Made by a program: the position numbers and the translations under genes | Notes under the pieces: generated by a model | What the model was told of the DNA's origin: nothing | Database searches by the model: none | Seen by the model: the letters and a program-made list of their open reading frames with translations, nothing else | In this document: positions 61,299 through 64,000 of the stretch, one piece after another | Position numbering within the stretch: position 1 is the first letter of the stretch | How the letters are laid out: the number at the start of each line of letters is the position of its first letter | Origin: an uncultured Candidatus Binatia bacterium | GTDB taxonomy: Bacteria; Desulfobacterota; Binatia; UBA9968; CAXXLF01 | Assembly: GCA_965218425.1 (NCBI GenBank) | Contig: OZ244621.1 | Location: forward strand, 3,232,001 to 3,296,000 | Reading direction: 5' to 3' | Length of the DNA: 64,000 nucleotides

Positions 61299-62042
61299 TC
61301 AAGTCCAACCACACACTTGCATAGAATATTTACATCTATTCCGTGCCCCATGCCACCTGTGCTTCCATGGGGTTTGAAATGGTTCCTTGTATGGCGACTT
61401 CACATCTCCCGTGGAGACCTTTCTTACGGTCCCACCACTCGTTTTCATAACCGTTAAGCCATTGTTCCAGAGTTTTTTGAAGAAATCCCAGCCAAACTTA
61501 CTGGAAAGGGCCTCTACTGTATCGAGAGTTGACCACGAGTAGTTGGGAGCTGGTATTGCAATTTGGCCCTTCCATTTATTGTCGAGGAGGTTCATCCAGT
61601 CTTTAGGTGACTGGTCGGGACTGACCATTTTCGTGTTATAGGTGATGCCCATGTTCAGGATTCTACCTACGGTGAAGAAACCGTCAGGATCTTTGTAGAT
61701 GGATGGAATCACAGATGCGTTGGGCGAGGTATACTTCAAAAGCAACCCTTGTTCCTTTAGGTCGATAAAATACGCGGGGTCGGCCGCCCATATCAGGTTG
61801 GCCTTAACTCTCCCGGTAGATTTAAGGTCGGATTTTACTTTGACGATGATCTTGTTGGTTCCAGATCGGTAACCCCGGAAGTTAATATCTGGATTGAGCT
61901 GGTCAATTTGCTTTATAATCGGTAGGATCACGCTGTTGGGTACTGACGTGTAGATGGTCGACGGCGTTTCTCCATAGGCTGTTGCCGGTAGCAGCAGCAA
62001 AAACATAATGGTGGATCCAAGGGCGTACTTCCCAGTTCCCAT
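61299..62042 (-). pseudogene. Iron(III)-type ABC solute-binding protein truncated at the 3' end
   Basis: IYTS, YNTKMV..PKDW.NLLD.KWKG; similarity ends at VRKVSTGD; no permease follows. Confidence 0.7.
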
Positions 62043-62261
62043 GCCTCTCCTTCCCACCAACGATTCTCCCTTCAATACGATAACATCGAGGCTTAGACGC
62101 CCGATACTGCTCTTGATCTGCTTGTGAACAGCTGGCTCTCTGAGGTCAAGCTCGTAGCCTCCTCCAATGGACCCCCATAGACATGGCGGTGACCTTATAA
62201 TATAGTGCCCCTGCTAACGGGGTGATCCGTAATTTAACTCATCCAGGGAGGAACCTGACGA

Positions 62262-63227
62262 TTGGGTAGTGGCAAAGCGCTTCATGTTGCAACTCATTCC
62301 GGCTGGTACCGCTTTGAAAACAACGGTGGCGTTTATAAGGAGACCGGCAGGGCGCTTACCTACTGGACTTTAAGCTGCCTTGCCGTGGATCCAGAAGATC
62401 CTCAGACCGTCTATGCGGGCACTGATCACTCGGGCCTGTTTTTCTCACCTGACGGTGGTGTCTCGTGGTTGCGAGCAAACCCCGGCATACCCCATCTGAA
62501 CTTGTTTTCATTACTTGCCTTACCTGGATCACTCCTGGTGGGAACACGGCCGGCAGCCGTGTACCGTGGCATTCCAGGTGGCGACTGGCTGGAACTAGAG
62601 GGGGTGCGGACTGAGAGTGCCGGTGGAGTGTTTCCCCCTAACCCAGAACTCAGCCCACGGGTCCGCGCCTTGGCTGAAGATCCAGGTTCGCCCTCTCGCA
62701 TATATGCCGGGATAGAAGTCGGTGGGTTGCTGGTAAGCGACGATGGGGGCGAGGCATGGCAACCTGCAAACGACGGTCTCACCGATCCCGACGTGCACCA
62801 GATCTGCCATTGCGGTTACAACCCGGAATTGGTTCTTGCGGCCTGCGGTGAGGGAGTTTTTCGTAGCGTCGACCGTGCTTCCCACTGGGCAGAGGTTACG
62901 CCACAGGGGTCAAGGACCTATGGAACTACCATTGCTGAGGCGGCTGGCGGGATGATGTATCTGGGAATTTCTTTGGGCCGGCCCAACACCTGGCTCGGAA
63001 CAGGAAGAGCCAACTCTGCAATTATTCGAAGCCGTGAAGGGGGTCTTGACTGGGAAGTGGTAGCGGAAGGCCTCCGTGGTGGTATCATGGACACGACACC
63101 CGACCCAGACAGTGACGGAATTATCGCCGCAACCTCAGAGGGCGAGCTACTTGCCATTGAGGGGTCTGAATGTCGAACCCTTATAAGCGGCCTTCCCTGT
63201 ATTTCCGCTGTCGTATTTGGTGGCTGA
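62262..63227 (+). CDS. BNR/WD40-YVTN beta-propeller protein
   Basis: Repeated S.DGG..W Asp-boxes, GTRPA, GIEVGG, DVH; TTG start after GGAGG. Confidence 0.82.
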   Translation: MGSGKALHVATHSGWYRFENNGGVYKETGRALTYWTLSCLAVDPEDPQTVYAGTDHSGLFFSPDGGVSWLRANPGIPHLNLFSLLALPGSLLVGTRPAAVYRGIPGGDWLELEGVRTESAGGVFPPNPELSPRVRALAEDPGSPSRIYAGIEVGGLLVSDDGGEAWQPANDGLTDPDVHQICHCGYNPELVLAACGEGVFRSVDRASHWAEVTPQGSRTYGTTIAEAAGGMMYLGISLGRPNTWLGTGRANSAIIRSREGGLDWEVVAEGLRGGIMDTTPDPDSDGIIAATSEGELLAIEGSECRTLISGLPCISAVVFGG

Positions 63228-63249
63228 CCGTCGCTAGATGTTAAAGACC

Positions 63250-63732
63250 CTATCTGCGGGCATAAATTTGCATCCCACCGTTCCGGTCGAAGCCAATGAC
63301 GTTGTATGGCTGAGGGTTGGGACCCTCCATTCCGGGCGAGCCTATGGGCATGCCCGGTACGCCCAAGCCGGTGAGGGATGTACTCTCGTTTAATAGTTTC
63401 ATTATGAGATCGGCAGGGACATGACCTTCGATGACATATGTGCCAATGAGTGCGGTGTGGCACGAATATAAGGCGGGGGGAACGCCATGCTTTACCTTCA
63501 CCGTTTGAAGTTGAGACTGCGATAGCTCTTTGATCGTAACACGAAAACCATTCTCTTCCAGGTGACCCACCCAGCTGGAACAACAACCTCAACCCGGGCT
63601 TCTGTAGACCGTAATCTGCGGTCCAGCGGGGAGATTGGGCTGGGAGTATAGAACGGTAGCAGCAACCACAACTCCTATGGCGATGCTCATCAGTGAGAGC
63701 AATCGCAACCTTTTGATATTCATTTTCTTCAT
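63250..63732 (-). CDS. DUF411 (CopG-like) metal-binding protein with in-frame TGA, candidate selenoprotein
   Basis: Signal peptide, VYRSPG[TGA]GCCSSWVGHL, SCHTA, EGHVPA, VPGMPIGSPGME; TGA 63589-63591. Confidence 0.82.
63550..63588 (-). promoter_or_regulatory. Putative bacterial SECIS hairpin
   Basis: After UGA: GGUUGUUG UUCCAG C UGG GUGGG UCA C CUGGAA GAGAAU; G-containing apical loop about 18 nt from UGA. Confidence 0.6.
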
Positions 63733-63794
63733 TTTCCTCTAGCTAGTTCTCACTGAAAAACTACCGTTTGTAGATGACTCTATGGCCCTGACAC

Positions 63795-64000
63795 TCACAT
63801 CAGGCATTTCATTGCCGAGAAGGTGCGGTCCTTACCACCATCTTTTACCTCCTGCTGCCACAGATTGTATGCAAAAATGACCCATCCCGTCCAGATCGCC
63901 GTGCCTGGAGCTCCCCTAGCCAGTACTCGACCCAGAGAAAACTTGCCTTTGAGCATACCGATCCCCGCTTCTATCCCGCAGCCGACCCCTTGCATTGCCC
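63795..64000 (-). pseudogene. C-terminal part of a DDE transposase (continues beyond window)
   Basis: GIEAGIGMLKGKFSLGRVLARG...WTGWVIFAYNLW resembles the IE...LK...AxNL C-terminus of IS4/IS5-type transposases. Confidence 0.6.

Noticed and set aside
454..63592. Numerous antisense and alternate-frame ORFs (e.g. 40421..41152, 59455..60072, 62918..63592)
   Set aside because: Shadows of well-supported genes, with no motifs of their own
1..64000. tRNA, rRNA, prophage or anti-phage defence genes
   Set aside because: None recognised by eye; no integrase, capsid, nuclease or methylase motifs seen

Overview
A 64-kb bacterial chromosome segment of moderate GC with no rRNA, tRNA or CRISPR array. Gene content (many cupin, OCD/mu-crystallin, MFS and orphan solute-binding paralogs, LLM, GMC, CoA-transferase, MetE-like) suggests a Deltaproteobacteria-like lineage such as Candidatus Binatia; this is inference only. 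Bases 1-6.8 kb are a core block: yebC-ruvC-ruvA-ruvB-DUF2905-ntrY-like kinase, then a receiver domain fused in frame to an intact LpxC, then DUF2203. The rest is a catabolic/accessory patchwork with one apparently intact IS3-family element (4-bp target duplication) and about 15 pseudogenes or fragments. Main leads: (1) a two-component system whose response regulator output is LpxC, the committed enzyme of lipid A synthesis; (2) a DUF411/CopG-type gene with an in-frame TGA at the first Cys of CGCC followed by a SECIS-like hairpin (candidate selenoprotein); (3) a divergently split MsmA/MsmB-like Rieske oxygenase with no electron-transfer genes in the window; (4) expanded uncharacterised bicupin and OCD-like subfamilies; (5) heavy pseudogenisation with C:G->T:A-type nonsense codons. 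All family assignments come from motif recognition by eye, not database searches.
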